64,000 nt of DNA from Nageia nagi (GCA_050084985.1 JBITNC010000001.1:67270001-67334000); one strand, 5' to 3'. Positions 13,865 to 26,500 are shown, counted from the stretch's first letter. Made by a program: numbers and translations. The notes: generated by a model not told the origin, from the sequence alone.

Positions 13865-14956
13865 CACCACTATGAAAAAGCCATTTAATGTTAATGTGGG
13901 TATTAGGGTAGTGAAAAAAATTTCTTAACGCCATTAGCATTGGTATGAATTAACATGGTATCATGCATTGAAGTTAACCATTTTTTGATGTTCTAACACT
14001 ATATTTGATGCTATAAATGTTGCTAGAACTATTTTTATGGTTTCCAATTATTTCTAGAATTATTACTAGAACTATTGCTAGATCTGACTCTAGCGATGAT
14101 GTTGTAGTTGATGCAAAATGATGTTAGCCCTAATGTTAGGAGACACCAAAAATAAGAAAAATGAGCACATATATCATCGAGAATCACATATCAACTATCC
14201 AAAATTTTACATGATCGAACAATAATGGCTTCTTTGAAGATTCTTTAAAGAGAAAGTGTTTGTCACATTTTTTGGTTATGAATAGCCTGATATACTTGTA
14301 TACAAAACGTAGAAATAGGAATATTTTATTGATGTAGAAATATTTTTGTGGCTTGCAATGATAGCAAGGTAAACATAAAATGGTTCTTGTATGGTGCTTC
14401 AAATCATCAAGTGTTAAGCCAAACTTTAAAATCGTGTGTGGTGCTGCAAATAGATTCAAAACACACATCAATTGGGAGATTTGCAACTAGATCCTCTATT
14501 TAGGAAAATTCAAACTTTTAAAGAAAATAAATTACTAACTTTATAACCTTTTCCATCATCCTCAAAGCATGCACCAAACTAGGATATTTGTAATAGGGTT
14601 TATACATACATCAAATAAGCTTTAAAAGAGGATTTTTGTTAGATGTTGTAGTTGTGAATGCCCTGGTAGACTTGTATACAAAATTTGGAAGCATAGAGAA
14701 GGCACATGAATTATTTGACAAGATGCATGATGCAAATATAGTTTCATAGACTACAATGATCATAAGATATGCATAATCTGATACCACATTTGATGCCAAG
14801 TATCACACCACATCTAATGCTGACACCAAATTTGATTTCATTATTGATGTTCACATTAGTCCCATCTATAGTGTTAGGACATAAACCAATTTATCTTTAA
14901 ACGTACACTACGTTTTGACACACGCGTTGATGTGAAATACATTAAATCTAGTAGTG
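13865..14956 (+). mobile_element. Non-autonomous CACTA element carrying PPR gene fragments, copy 2 (duplicate of copy 1)
   Basis: Left end CACCACTATGAAAAAG, right end CTAGTAGTG, flanks AGA/AGG; same insertion site in the duplicated LINE. Confidence 0.88.
14534..14776 (+). pseudogene. Captured PLS-class PPR fragment (L-S-P motifs)
   Basis: Single frame: NFITFSIILKACTKLGYL**GLYIHQISFKRGFLLDVVVVNALVDLYTKFGSIEKAHELFDKMHDANIVS*TTMIIRYA*. Confidence 0.9.
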
Positions 14957-15946
14957 AGGGATTCCATTCGGTTGTAAGTCTTGGAGAGGTATTAACTTTA
15001 CCTCTCTTCTTATGACATTAATTCCCATTAAAATCATAGGTTCCTTCATCATGAAAAGTATCTACAGTGTATGGGAGGACCTCAAACCATGACTCCTTTG
15101 GAAAAGATATGGATTTAGGAAAAGGTTGTCAATCAACTCCCTTAACATGTGGTGGTCCTCTATTATTAGTTATCTAGGAACCATGCTTGTGTAGGTGCAA
15201 TGGATTCATGCTTTGCATTTCTTTAAATGAGGTATTAAATCCATCTTGAACTTCTTATCTCATCAAACCAAAGATTGACTCCCTTGGATAAAATTCAAGG
15301 TCATTCATGGAGATCTATGATACCATAATTGAAAGTGTACCTAATCATATATGTCACAAAATTAACATAAATTTTAAAGTCCATGGTGGAAAGATTGGAA
15401 GTGGTTTGTGGGCACTTCCCTTCACAATCGTAAAGTGAGATAAGGCTATCTCTAACTTTCTCCTCACCTTCTTATGGCACCATACTTAATGAAAAATGGT
15501 TTCTCCATTTCTCTAAAGCATTATGGGCTTACCATTTCCAAATTATGTGGGCATCTTACCTTGAATCTATACACTCTTTTTTTTTTCTTTTTCTTAGAGC
15601 TTTCTTTCTCAAGGACTATCTTTGGTAGTTGCCTCATACAACTAGGCATTGCAAATCCATGTTCCCTTTCTGTAAGGAACTAGAAGATGTCTTGCATCTC
15701 TTCTAAACTTGCAAATGTGCAAAGTATGCTTGGCATTGGATTCATTCTTTCTTTTAACCCTTTATGCTTGACTATTCTCATGGTAACAAGTCCTTTTGGG
15801 AGATCCCATTTATTTTTCTTTTCCCCTTATGGAAGTGTGGCACATATTCCAAATTTCTATTCTCTATTCCATATGGAATATTAGGAATGAATTCCTTTTT
15901 TCTATCATTCTTCTACTATTAAACTTTGCATATTTGACAAAGTTAT

Positions 15947-16403
15947 TGTGATATATGATGTCCTCATCCAAATTTTATGTAAGTGCGATGATGGAATTCG
16001 ACCACTTGCAAATACTCATTGATTACTTGGGTGATGCCCAATGCACAGTTATTCGGGTCTTAGACCAAGCCTATAAAGAGACATCCCACTCTCCATAACA
16101 TTTATGTCTCGCTCCTCATGCATGGTCGAGATCTCTAACTCACCCTCGCTCATAATCACCTCCTAATATAACTAAATCTTAGGAATCTCCTCATGTTGGT
16201 GTATCTATGCATTTAGGAGGTACATCTCATTATGCAGGAGAAGGTTGGGAATCACGATCATACGAGGTGATTACCAATGTTGGTTGGGGCATTAATAATC
16301 AAGGAGCATAAGGGGAAATAACATGATGAATCATTCACTATGCATTGAACCCATAGAATCATAGTGACGATAAGATGATCCAGCTTTCACCCCTCCCATC
16401 ACA
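15947..16403. mobile_element. Possible solo LTR
   Basis: TGTGAT...ATCACA inverted termini and internal CCTATAAAG; no convincing TSD. Confidence 0.4.
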
Positions 16404-16819
16404 ATATAATTAATTTTATTGTTAACTACAATTTTGATGAACTCAAGTTTTTGATTGAATTCTAAACCAAATCGGATTAGTATGAACTCATAAAAACTTG
16501 TACTTTATCTACTCATATTTTTTATCTATTTGTAAAGTGATTATATTTTAATACAATATCTTTTCATAAACAATAGAGGAATTGAGTAAACAAAACAAAT
16601 TATCATGGACGACAATAAAGAGATGTTTTCACCTTTCCAAAAAAAATCTTTATTCTTTATTTTCAAATCCATCGAACTATCGCTACTGTATCAAACTTTT
16701 TTGATCTCTGAAGAAAAGTGACTGAAATAGCTAGTTAGATCTAACTCTTGCAACCAGACTTGTCTTTATGGAATCTTTGCTTCCATCCAGTCCTTTTTTT
16801 TTCCCCTAAATAATACCTT

Positions 16820-16855
16820 CACCTCGAATTGTTTACTCACCTCGAATTGTTTACT
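16820..16855. repeat. Perfect 18-bp tandem duplication
   Basis: CACCTCGAATTGTTTACT x2. Confidence 0.9.
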
Positions 16856-17884
16856 CAAAACATTTGGATTCTTTGATCTAGTGGCAATCTAAGTCTTTTT
16901 CCTTGACGTCATTAAAGTTGGACAGTTTGAAACGTGTCAAAATTTCAAGCTGGATTCTCACCATTTCTCGCTATACTTGATAGGCAAGAAAGCCTAATAA
17001 AACATTCATACTTTGTAATTGAATGCCGAATGGGCAGATTATTGAATGCATTTTTGGTCTTTGTATCATGGTAGATGTCCCTATAATAATGTCTTCTTCC
17101 ATATGATTGCATTTATTTAACATCAGATGGGACAAATTTCATCATTTATTGCCCGTAAGTTGGAAAAAGAGTCCCAACTTTTCAATCTCAATTAGCTTGC
17201 CCAGGTTGCCATATTTCAGGACGATGATCTGGCCCTTCTCCCGCAAGATATCCTCATTTCTGAGTAATGAAAAGAAAAAGTTAGAGAAAGGAAGACTTAC
17301 CAGCTTATCCACACATATGTCAAATGTGTGGTGGGGTTTGGCCTACCAAAACACAGATAAAATATCACCAACTTAACCGTTTTTCGATTGTGACCTCCCT
17401 CTTTTCCTAACGTCTCTCTGGACTCATGGCAACCTGGCTTTACAACATTTGTTGGCCTATTTGGAATCCACGTCATCCTCTATGAATCCTGCAAGAAATG
17501 CCATGTATGCAATGACATGGAATTATTGACAAGCCACAGTGCAGATCCTGTGAAGCATATGACAACGGATATGCTCTGGAAACAGCACATCCATATCTAG
17601 TAAAAAATTAAATAAATTAGCCCCTGTAAATTTCACTGTCAAGAATCAATAAAAAGATGAAGGTCCCCAAAGGGCCGCAAGCAATGGCGGCTATCAAAAA
17701 CCTGCCAACATCCAATCTTAATCAACAAAGAAGAAAGCGACAAGACTGGTAAACATCGCAGAGACCCACAACCAGAAAACGTGAGATTTGCGTACAACAT
17801 GCAATTCTTTTCAGTTTTAATTAATTAATTAATGCTGGGATGTTGTAGACGACAAAATATAACCAGTGGATTAAGTTTGCTAAG

Positions 17885-18060
17885 AACGCGGATTTCGGCG
17901 CCGCCGCGGCAGCCGACAATTGTCGTCACGCGCTTCCGGTGCCGTGAAACGTGAGCGGGAGGAAACGCCGGTTTCTGAATAGTCCACGTGGCGCCCATGT
18001 GCACGATGCGCCCGGGGGGATCCGTGGCCGTTGGATTGTGTTTCTTTTTTGGGGGCGGGG
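17885..18060. promoter_or_regulatory. GC/CpG-rich upstream cis-regulatory cluster of the NAC gene
   Basis: GCCGCC (17900-17905), DRE/CRT GCCGAC (17912-17917, also TGTCGG on minus), several CGCG boxes, G-box/ABRE CCACGTGGC (17984-17992), in an otherwise CpG-poor window. Confidence 0.65.
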
Positions 18061-18551
18061 ACCTCATATTGAATACAACCCGGTAAGAGGAGAGGATGAT
18101 TTCTTGAACCAAATTCAATAATTTTCAACTGCAGCTGATGCTTTTTCCGGATTGTGTAGGGGGGAAAGCTGATGAGATTTTCAACTAAAGGCTAGTCAGA
18201 AAAAGCAATAATTTCTTCTTCAAGATTGTCGTCCACCTGAGTGCAATTGGTTTAGATGTGATCTGCTTCAGAATCTTTAAGTTGAAATTTCTCAGAAAGA
18301 TTAGTGTATTGGGATCTTTCACAGAGAGAGCATAAAAAGCGAAGTTATATACCAAAAAAAACAATCATTATTACCAACCAAACAGTGAATTTGATTGAAA
18401 CTGAAAAGAACAAATGATTATTAGAAGTAATGATTTAGGAATTAATAACAAGTCCTATTTGGTCAGAGAGGGATTTCGTAGAGGAGTAAATGACTCGTGG
18501 GGAGGAGTCGTAGAGTAGTTGGTGTAGATGAGCTGAAGCCTCAAGGTAAGT

Positions 18552-18570
18552 TTACTTGCGTCATACGTAA
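18552..18570. promoter_or_regulatory. Palindromic NAC-dimer binding site (SNBE-type)
   Basis: TTACTT-N7-ACGTAA fits the 19-bp TTNC(G/T)T-N7-A(A/C)GNAA NAC consensus. Confidence 0.5.
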
Positions 18571-19275
18571 GGGGTCACTGACAATCTTGTGCCTGAATCC
18601 TTCATTTATTGCTTATAACCTGTACATGTCGAAGCGTACTAAATGCCAAACAAGACTCTCTGGGTGAGGAGGGGAGTAAACTAAGGTTTTGGTAAGGGTT
18701 GCTCAAATATTTATGAGGAGGCACCGGTGGTAGTCACTTCTTCTATTGAATGTGTCGAGTATATGTGTCAGTCTGTCTGTGCATAAACCCTATTGCTTGA
18801 TCTGATCTCTGCTCTTTCTGGACTCTCTGCACGGCGCAGCAGTGGGCTCTCGTGTATCTGGGCTTTTAAGGGGGGACGCCTGGGTAGTTTTTTTTCGGTA
18901 AGGCCTAAGTGGGTTAGAAACTTAGAATAGGATTATAGGACTTTAGGTCCTCTTTGGTCCATTTCTGGTTGCTGACAAAGGGTACACACGCTCATGAACG
19001 CAAGCATAGGAGGAGACAAGAAGTTTCATAGGTTTGTTTTTCTTCGAGGTACGAAGAGAAAAGGCGTTTTGACAGACCTGGGTGTTGCAGCACCGGCCTG
19101 AGCAGAAAAACGAGCGTGTTCATTTAAGACCCATATCAAGTATAGGAGTATATAGATAGATCCTCAACTGCTACAACTGCTTTACAATTGAGTGCGTTTG
19201 GGATTTTCTTAATTGGATTTGGAGTGTTCGGGGTCTAGGAAGGAAGGAACAAGAGTAGGAGATTTTAGAAGATTT

Positions 19276-21150
19276 ATGGAGAGCATGAATTCTGATGGAG
19301 GCCTGCCTCCTGGGTTTAGGTTTCATCCAACGGATGAGGAGCTGGTGACCTATTATTTGACTACGAAGGTTCTGGACAATAGTTTCTCAGGGAGAGCAAT
19401 TGCTGAAGTTGATCTCAATAAGTGCGAGCCATGGGATCTTCCGGGTAGGTTTGGTTTCATTTCTGTCTAATTGTTCTCAATTTAGAGAGTTTGAGATCAT
19501 GTAGCTGATATTTTGCGAACTGGTGATGTTCAATTCTTATACTTTTGCTGTTTGGCTTGTTGGCCATGTTGTAAACATGCGTCTGGAAGGCTTGAAGCTA
19601 TTAAAAAAAGCTTTCGAATTGTGCATGTTTTGGCTCAAATGTAGTTAAAATCAACTACATATTTCATGTTAACTAACATCTTTTCCAGTAGATTTTAAAC
19701 ATTTTGATCATGTGTTTGTTAAACATTTTGTGGGTGTGTGTATGTTTTTTTTATCAAGATTGGCATACTTGTGTTCGCAGATAAAGCAAAAATGGGAGAG
19801 AAAGAGTGGTATTTTTTCAGCTTAAGAGACCGAAAGTACCCAACAGGTTTGAGAACTAATAGAGCCACCGAAGCTGGATACTGGAAAGCCACAGGGAAGG
19901 ACAGAGAGGTATTCAACGCTCGCACCGGGAATCTTGTTGGAATGAAGAAAACTCTGGTATTTTACAAAGGAAGAGCTCCCAAGGGTGAAAAAAGTAACTG
20001 GGTCATGCATGAATACCGCCTAGAGGGAAACTTCTCTTATCACCAACTTCCTAGGGCTTCCAAGGTATGTAAATTTACAATCCTGTAGAAAATATGAAAC
20101 CCACGGAGCATGAAGTCAATTCAAAGGAATTTGATCCAACTGTAATGTAAATAATTTCCCAAAGAACAATACTTTTTATGACGTTATTTTCTTTTTATGG
20201 CCTTTTTTGAAAATCAGTACGCAAGATTTACGGCTACGATGGGAGTTTTAGATCACATTTATTACCTAACGAACTAAGTTTCAAAACATGTCTTTACCTT
20301 TTTGCGACTTTGAGAATGTAATAATTGTAGGAGGCGGAGCACTAGCTGATATGAGGTGTCCTGTAATTATTAATATTCGATTTTAGCTTTTGATGATGAC
20401 ATTGCAGCTAATACAATGAATTCTCATCTCATTGCGCAGGAAGAGTGGGTGGTGTGTCGCATCTTTCACAAAAGTGCAGCGAAGAGAACCCCATCACCCT
20501 TGATGAACAACAGCACCATGTACGCTGATGAATGCGTGGGATCTTCTGCATTGCCTCCCCTTTTAGAATCTCCATCTTACAAGACAATCCATAGCGATGA
20601 GGCCGATCTTTCAGACATAGCGACCATACATCTTCACAACAGTAGCTGCAACAGCCTCATTCCAAATGATTCTAACATGAACATGAAGCCACCCAATCCT
20701 AACTTTCCCATGTCGTATGTACTATCTCAATTTTCCCCAAATGCCATGGCATTTCAACAAAGCTTTTCTTCACAGGTGGGATCGCCATCAAGCTCCATTC
20801 TCAAGGCCCTGGTTGAACAGTATTCAAGCAGTGATTTGACCTTGAAGCACTGCAAAGTGGAGCCCTCTTACCTATCTCTTGCAGAGCATGACAGGTTTGG
20901 AGCCAGCCACAATAATGCAAGAGTCTCTCATGAAGATCCGTGGAACATGCAGGATGGACCACAGATGAACAACAATCACAATAATGTGATTCTTAAGCCA
21001 CATGACCATGCAGATCAGTGCATGATTTCTGATGAAATAAGTTCTGAAATGTGTTCTGGGATGTTCCCTAGAGTGGGCAGATCATACCAAGTAGCTGATA
21101 CCTCAGCAGCATCACCCCCAGTAGACCTGGACTCTCTTTGGGCTTATTGA
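19276..21150 (+). CDS. NAC-domain transcription factor, NAM/CUC/NAC100-like; exons 19276-19444, 19781-20064, 20440-21150 (387 aa)
   Basis: [99 protein letters not shown]; GT-AG introns in the canonical NAC phases (1 and 0); C-terminal LPPLLES, CKVE and VDLDSLWAY motifs; no disruptions. Confidence 0.97.
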
Positions 21151-21398
21151 TTTGAGCCTTGTACATAAATATTCGAACATCAGATTTGAGAAAGATGCAG
21201 CAGACTCTATTATATTGTTTGTGGCTCAACCAGTCTGTAATATGAAAAAATACAGTTATCTGCATGCCGTGTAAGGTAAGAAAAGGACTCAGAATCGCAC
21301 ATTATAGAAACAGAAGCAAACATTCAAACATCAGACCTAAGTTCTTATCAGTCTAGGGGATTGAAGCAGCATTTTTCTGCAATGTATACTTGTATTTC

Positions 21399-21436
21399 AT
21401 ATATATATATATATATTATATAATATATATATATAT
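21399..21436. repeat. (TA)n microsatellite in the NAC 3' region
   Basis: Interrupted AT dinucleotide run; AATAAA follows at 21542-21547. Confidence 0.9.
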
Positions 21437-23537
21437 GGTCAGATGTAGTTATTGTTTGAATTGTCCTTGAACTTTTCATGATTCATGATGCAGAGGCATC
21501 CAATACATTAATGAAGCTTCTGTCATAACTATTTGATGTTCAATAAAGGTGTAAATTGTGGCAGTTATTCGTTTAAACATCAGCACTTGTATACTTTCTT
21601 TTCCATAATATTATTCTCTGCATTTTTTCTTTAATTGTACAATGTTCTTTCCAATGATGTCAAAATATATTTAGTTTCAGTATCCATATGTATGTTTTTT
21701 ATGTTCTTTTATGTGAGCTTATTAATGCTAAATGAATCCTTACGAGTGTGACTCTTAGGAATCTGCATGTAACATATATATCCTTTAACTGCATGCAAGT
21801 TGGTAAAAATCCTTATCTGAAATTTCAATGTACAAATGTAGAACTTGCTTTCAATTATTAATGAAAATGCCTAGGTTCCTTCAATTATTTGAATTATTGC
21901 AATTATGACGCTGTGTTTGGTCCATCTAAGTTACTTCCAATTACTTTATTGGGACAGCCTTGTCGTTCGTGATGTGCATATATGCCACAAGAAGAATATC
22001 CGTTTTGAATCACATGATGTAAAGCAAGTCGATGACATCATCTATCTTTAAGATTGAATTGTCGTCTACATCTGCTGACACCTTTGATGTGACTTTTGTT
22101 CACCAGGAGCTATTGAAACTCTCGCCCTTTCAAAAAGAATTCAATCCTGACATCATTGCATAAACATCTTTTTATCCTTAACATCAGAACCTTAAAGATT
22201 TCTGCCCTTCACATTATATCTTCTAACTTTTCTTACCATATATACACCATATATTCAGCATATAGCAAGCACAGCATCAGACACTCTATATTTGATGGAA
22301 CAAACTTTAAGGCATCCAGTAGGGGTCGTCTGTTACCATTTAGTTGGATTGAATACACCCCACCCAACGTCATTTCCTGAGTTGCTTTAGAATCTTTATC
22401 CATGTTTTCATAAGATGGTGGGTTTTAAATATAGTGTTGTGGTCCTGTGTTAGATGACAAGTTTTGGCCCTGCACAAAAGTTCATATAGAGCAGCAGTCC
22501 AATCTCAACCATGCGGAAAGTTAATTCTTAAACTTCGTATTATGAAAAAAGGGTTATAACCTCCACTGTTCAAGCCACACACAGAATTATCTCTTTCTAT
22601 AAATCTCTAAAGAAAATGGAGTGTAATTATTCATTAGCTTGACGACAAATATGCACCTTTTTCCTTCGCGAGTTCACATTTTTTTGTTCACGTGAAGTAT
22701 AGTGCTTTTTGGATATGATACGATTCACTTTTAGGTGCAGGTGGCTAAAACGTACATGATTTGAAAGCTTGTATCTGCTGGACTTTGGAACAAATATTAT
22801 TGTATAACTTTAAGAACTCGAAACAAGAAGCAAGTCTCGGTAGCAATATGGAAACCATAAATTCATGAAATAACAAACGACTACATAAATTCAAGAATAA
22901 TCTCTTGAAACAATGACTTGCATTAGTGTACATAATATTCAGTAAGAAGGTGGAGCCGAGGAACCTACACCTTTTATTCTTCTTGGCCGATTTTAATGTT
23001 CGATGACAACTGATACAACATAGATTCAAATATTATATATTGAATTGAAGATATTCTTCAATGACTTTTTGTCTTGTTTTAGATTTCGTTGGCTTGAATT
23101 CAATACAATGAATCTTAGGGCTTGTCGTAGCAGATTTGATTTTAGTATTAAAGGGTAGACAGTATGAGATGCATTCAAGAAACATTGCTTTAAAGATGAT
23201 ATAATGATTGCAAATATCTTATTAGGGACCGTCCTTAATGGGTTTTAGATTTGATTTTTGTACCCGATGATGACTCATACGATTAAGCACAACGAATTGA
23301 ATTGAAGACGGTACTTTACTGATTCTTTATTTAATTTTAAATTTAATTTAATTAGGCCAACAAATCAAGCTAGCAACCTCTTAAGTTGTGTAAAATAGAG
23401 ATTACAATTTAGGAGGGAGAGAAGTGGTACTTCTTGCAAAGCTTTTTAGTCCTTCAAAGTCATCAAAGTTGTTGTTTCCCGTTTTCTAGCTTCCTTTTAT
23501 TTACGTAGGATCTTATTTTATTTCGGATTTAATTTTA

Positions 23538-26500
23538 CTTTTTGGAAATGAAAAGATTATTATAATATTAATATTGCGTAATCATTAAAAAAAGGATAGA
23601 TAGACAATGGTACATTTCATGAGTAAAATTAATTGATTACAATTTTTAACAAACAATAATTCAAAAAGGTTTAACAAAGTTTCTAACGGGGTATATAACA
23701 AACACATTCTAATCAAAATGAAACATCACATATTAATAAGTTTTTAGTTCTGTATTAGGATGAAAATTATCCATAGCAGAAACATAATTCAATTCTATCC
23801 CTGTAGAAAGTCCTAGAACATTTGGTGCAATAGTAGTCTAAGAGTTGGGTTTATTCCAACCTCCTTTTGTAGGTATTTGATGATCGATTTTGCTCCAATC
23901 ATTTCTAGAAATAGGAATAAACTTACCATCAACAAGGGGGATCTTCCCAACCAGTCCCAAGGGTGCACTCAGGCTCAGAAGGTCTAACATCCCAACCAAA
24001 ATAACAGTGTTGGGAATCCTTTCTAAAAGTGTCCAATCGTTGATGATAGGGAGGAAGTTGGGACCAATGTGTTTCTCAAGGAGGATTAGACTTACGACGA
24101 TTACCTATGGGATGAGCAGAGTAAGAGTAAGAGCCACTTTTGAAGGGTGGACTAGGATGAACTTGACTCATAGTGCAAGGAGGTGCCCCAAAACTCCATC
24201 AAGCTCTTTAATTGTTGAATTTCAATGCACACTTTGTTTACCTTTACAATATCTACAACCAACAATGATAGAAGGTATCATATTTATCAACCAAAGAGAA
24301 AAAAGGAATCACTTGGAGGGGATTAAAAATAACTTTATTTTGTGATTTCCAAAGATGAAATTAAGTGTCAATTCTAAAAATATTCTAGACTTCTACAAGG
24401 TTCAAATTGAATTGGATAGGATCCCCAAGTAAAACATGAGGCCAGATAATATGATTCAACATAAAGGGTTGAAAGAATTCAAATAACCATAACCAACTAG
24501 TAGAGGCCCTATGGCACAACCAAAAGACATGTAGAAAATCTTTTGTTTCACAACAAAAATTACATGTTGGGTTTTGAATACCTAGGTGCACAAGTCGAGG
24601 ACAAAGAGGTAAGACTTGATGTAATAAGCTCCAAGCAAAAAACTTTGTTTTGGTTTAATATGTGAACACCAAACTCTTTAAAAATGTTAGAGCCAACGAT
24701 AATGAGAAGAAACTAAGTCCCATTTAATATTTATAGGGACATAGGGAGTAAGCCAAGCGTACCCTAACCTAATAGAATAATGAATTAAGGCACCTTTCTA
24801 GGCTAATGCCAATGTGACCATAATGGCTTATTAAAAATTTAATGTAGCTTATTCTATATAGAGAAGGGTACAAAATCAATAACAACATCATATGTAACTT
24901 TATGTTCATTCTTGAGAGCATACTTAGACCAAAACTCCTCCCATGGGATCCAATGTTTAGTGCTTATAGAAAAAAATCTAGAAGGAAATAAATTCCTTTT
25001 TTTTTTTTTTTTTGTAAAATCTTTGAGCTCTCACCTATTGAACTTTTGAACTTGAGCAAGAGGTAAACCTTGGATGGAAAAAACTTTAGACCAACTTAAG
25101 ATCGAAAATAATGTAATTAATTGTTTATGGGGGTTAATTAATGAACTATTGGTCTACTTATTTCTTATTGACACATGTATGTGAAATATGAAAATAACAA
25201 ATAATAGAAAAAGACTTGTATTTAATTAGATTGTATATTCATTCCATTAAGAGAAACATACACAAAAGACAAGCATACATTCACCCAATTGCACGTCATT
25301 TCGCTACGGCTTAAAATAAGCAATATAACAAATGTAATAAAGAATGTAGTGACAAGTGAACGAAAGAGTAATCATATAACAAATAAAAGATACTTGTTAT
25401 AGATATGATATTTGTAAAGGTTTTCCTTAGGTCTTATTCTTTGTTCTCTCCTTGTTTGTCTTTGGCCTTATCATGGCTTCTATAATATCCTTTAGCCTTG
25501 ATGATGATCTTTTATCTGATTTTTAATTGATAAAGTCTCTTCCTTTGAGGATCTTCGATTCCCTTTTTGGTTGCCTTTGATGCCTTTATATAACAACACT
25601 TTTATTATAAGATTTGATCCCTAAGTCATGATATGGTGGTCCATTATATGAATTACATAGCTTTTGGGTATTTTTAACCCCTCTTTTACATAATACATTA
25701 TTGAGGCTCTAAATAATAATTCATTTTTAGGTGTCTACACCACCAAATATTAAGACTAATTAGGGAGAGAAGCTCCTAATTTCTTATCAATACCCTTCCA
25801 AGATAACCAAGGTTTGATTGCTTTCCAAATGCTCTAAACAATAAAAGAACCAAATATTTTAAGTGGAATAGGGTAAGAATAGATTGTAGAGAAAGATCCT
25901 TCTAGACCACCTTTTTTCAAGGCAAGCTAAAAACGATGCAATTACAAAATAAGATATTCCATGATTTATTACCAATAATTGCTCTAGAAATCTAGTTTGC
26001 ACCAATGGAAAAACTTGTATATTGCTTGGGGAGATAACAAATATCCTTAGAAACCCTATGGAATTCTCTTTTAACCATATCCTTGGCCTTAGCAAAGTCT
26101 CTTACAATTTTATCTAACTTATTGTAATAGGCTTGGGAAGGAACCTAACAAGAGGAATAATACACATGAGTGAGTGGTAGCCCAAATATTAGAACAAATT
26201 TGAAATTTTCCTATGAAAGAGAGTTTTTAGGTTGCCTAGTAAGATAACTTTTTCTCTACCTTTTAAACAACATAATTCCACATTTGAGCAAAGGATCCAT
26301 GGGAAGCAAAGAGGATGCCCAAAAATTTAAAGACTTGTCCATGTTGTATGCATGACTAATTGACTTTTGTGAGCCACTCTAGCAAATGCTATCGAGAATG
26401 CCTAAAATCATGGGTAGTTTTATGCCATTGAATGCTTGAGCAAAAGGTAAGGAAAAATAGCTCAAGTAATTATATGGCAAAATTCAATGATTACTCATCT

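Larger units (their letters stand above)
11946..15353 (+). repeat. Old tandem duplication: unit 1 ~11946-13589, unit 2 ~13590-15353
   Basis: Collinear similarity over LINE flank + CACTA element + LINE flank; unit 1 lacks ~130 bp present at ~15060-15190. Confidence 0.9.
11820..15945 (+). mobile_element. L1-type LINE ORF2 3' portion, interrupted by CACTA elements and partly tandem-duplicated
   Basis: GFHRVAWEI...GMGILDY..QG...AKWII motif (13692-13830, also ~12050-12170), homologous to the LINE at ~52700-53120; zf-RVT-like LGIANPC...EDVLHLF.TC at ~15640-15730. Confidence 0.75.

Noticed and set aside
16240-16365. Faint 5S rRNA/Cassandra-like words (CGATCATAC, CACTATGCA..CCCATAGAA)
   Set aside because: Matches are short, wrongly spaced and lack the A/C boxes.
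17825-18128. Minus-strand ORFs of 97 and 82 aa
   Set aside because: By-product of high GC content; no recognisable domain and non-ATG starts.
19213-19275. N-terminal extension of the NAC from the ORF track
   Set aside because: Begins at TTG; the first in-frame ATG is 19276 and gives a normal NAC N-terminus.
20531-20550. AATGCGTGGGATCTTCTGCA as a miR164 site
   Set aside because: Needs a gap and several mismatches including the central region, and lies upstream of the LPPL motif rather than at the canonical position.
23890-24345. 151-aa plus-strand ORF
   Set aside because: Antisense to the LINE 3' region with no recognisable protein features.
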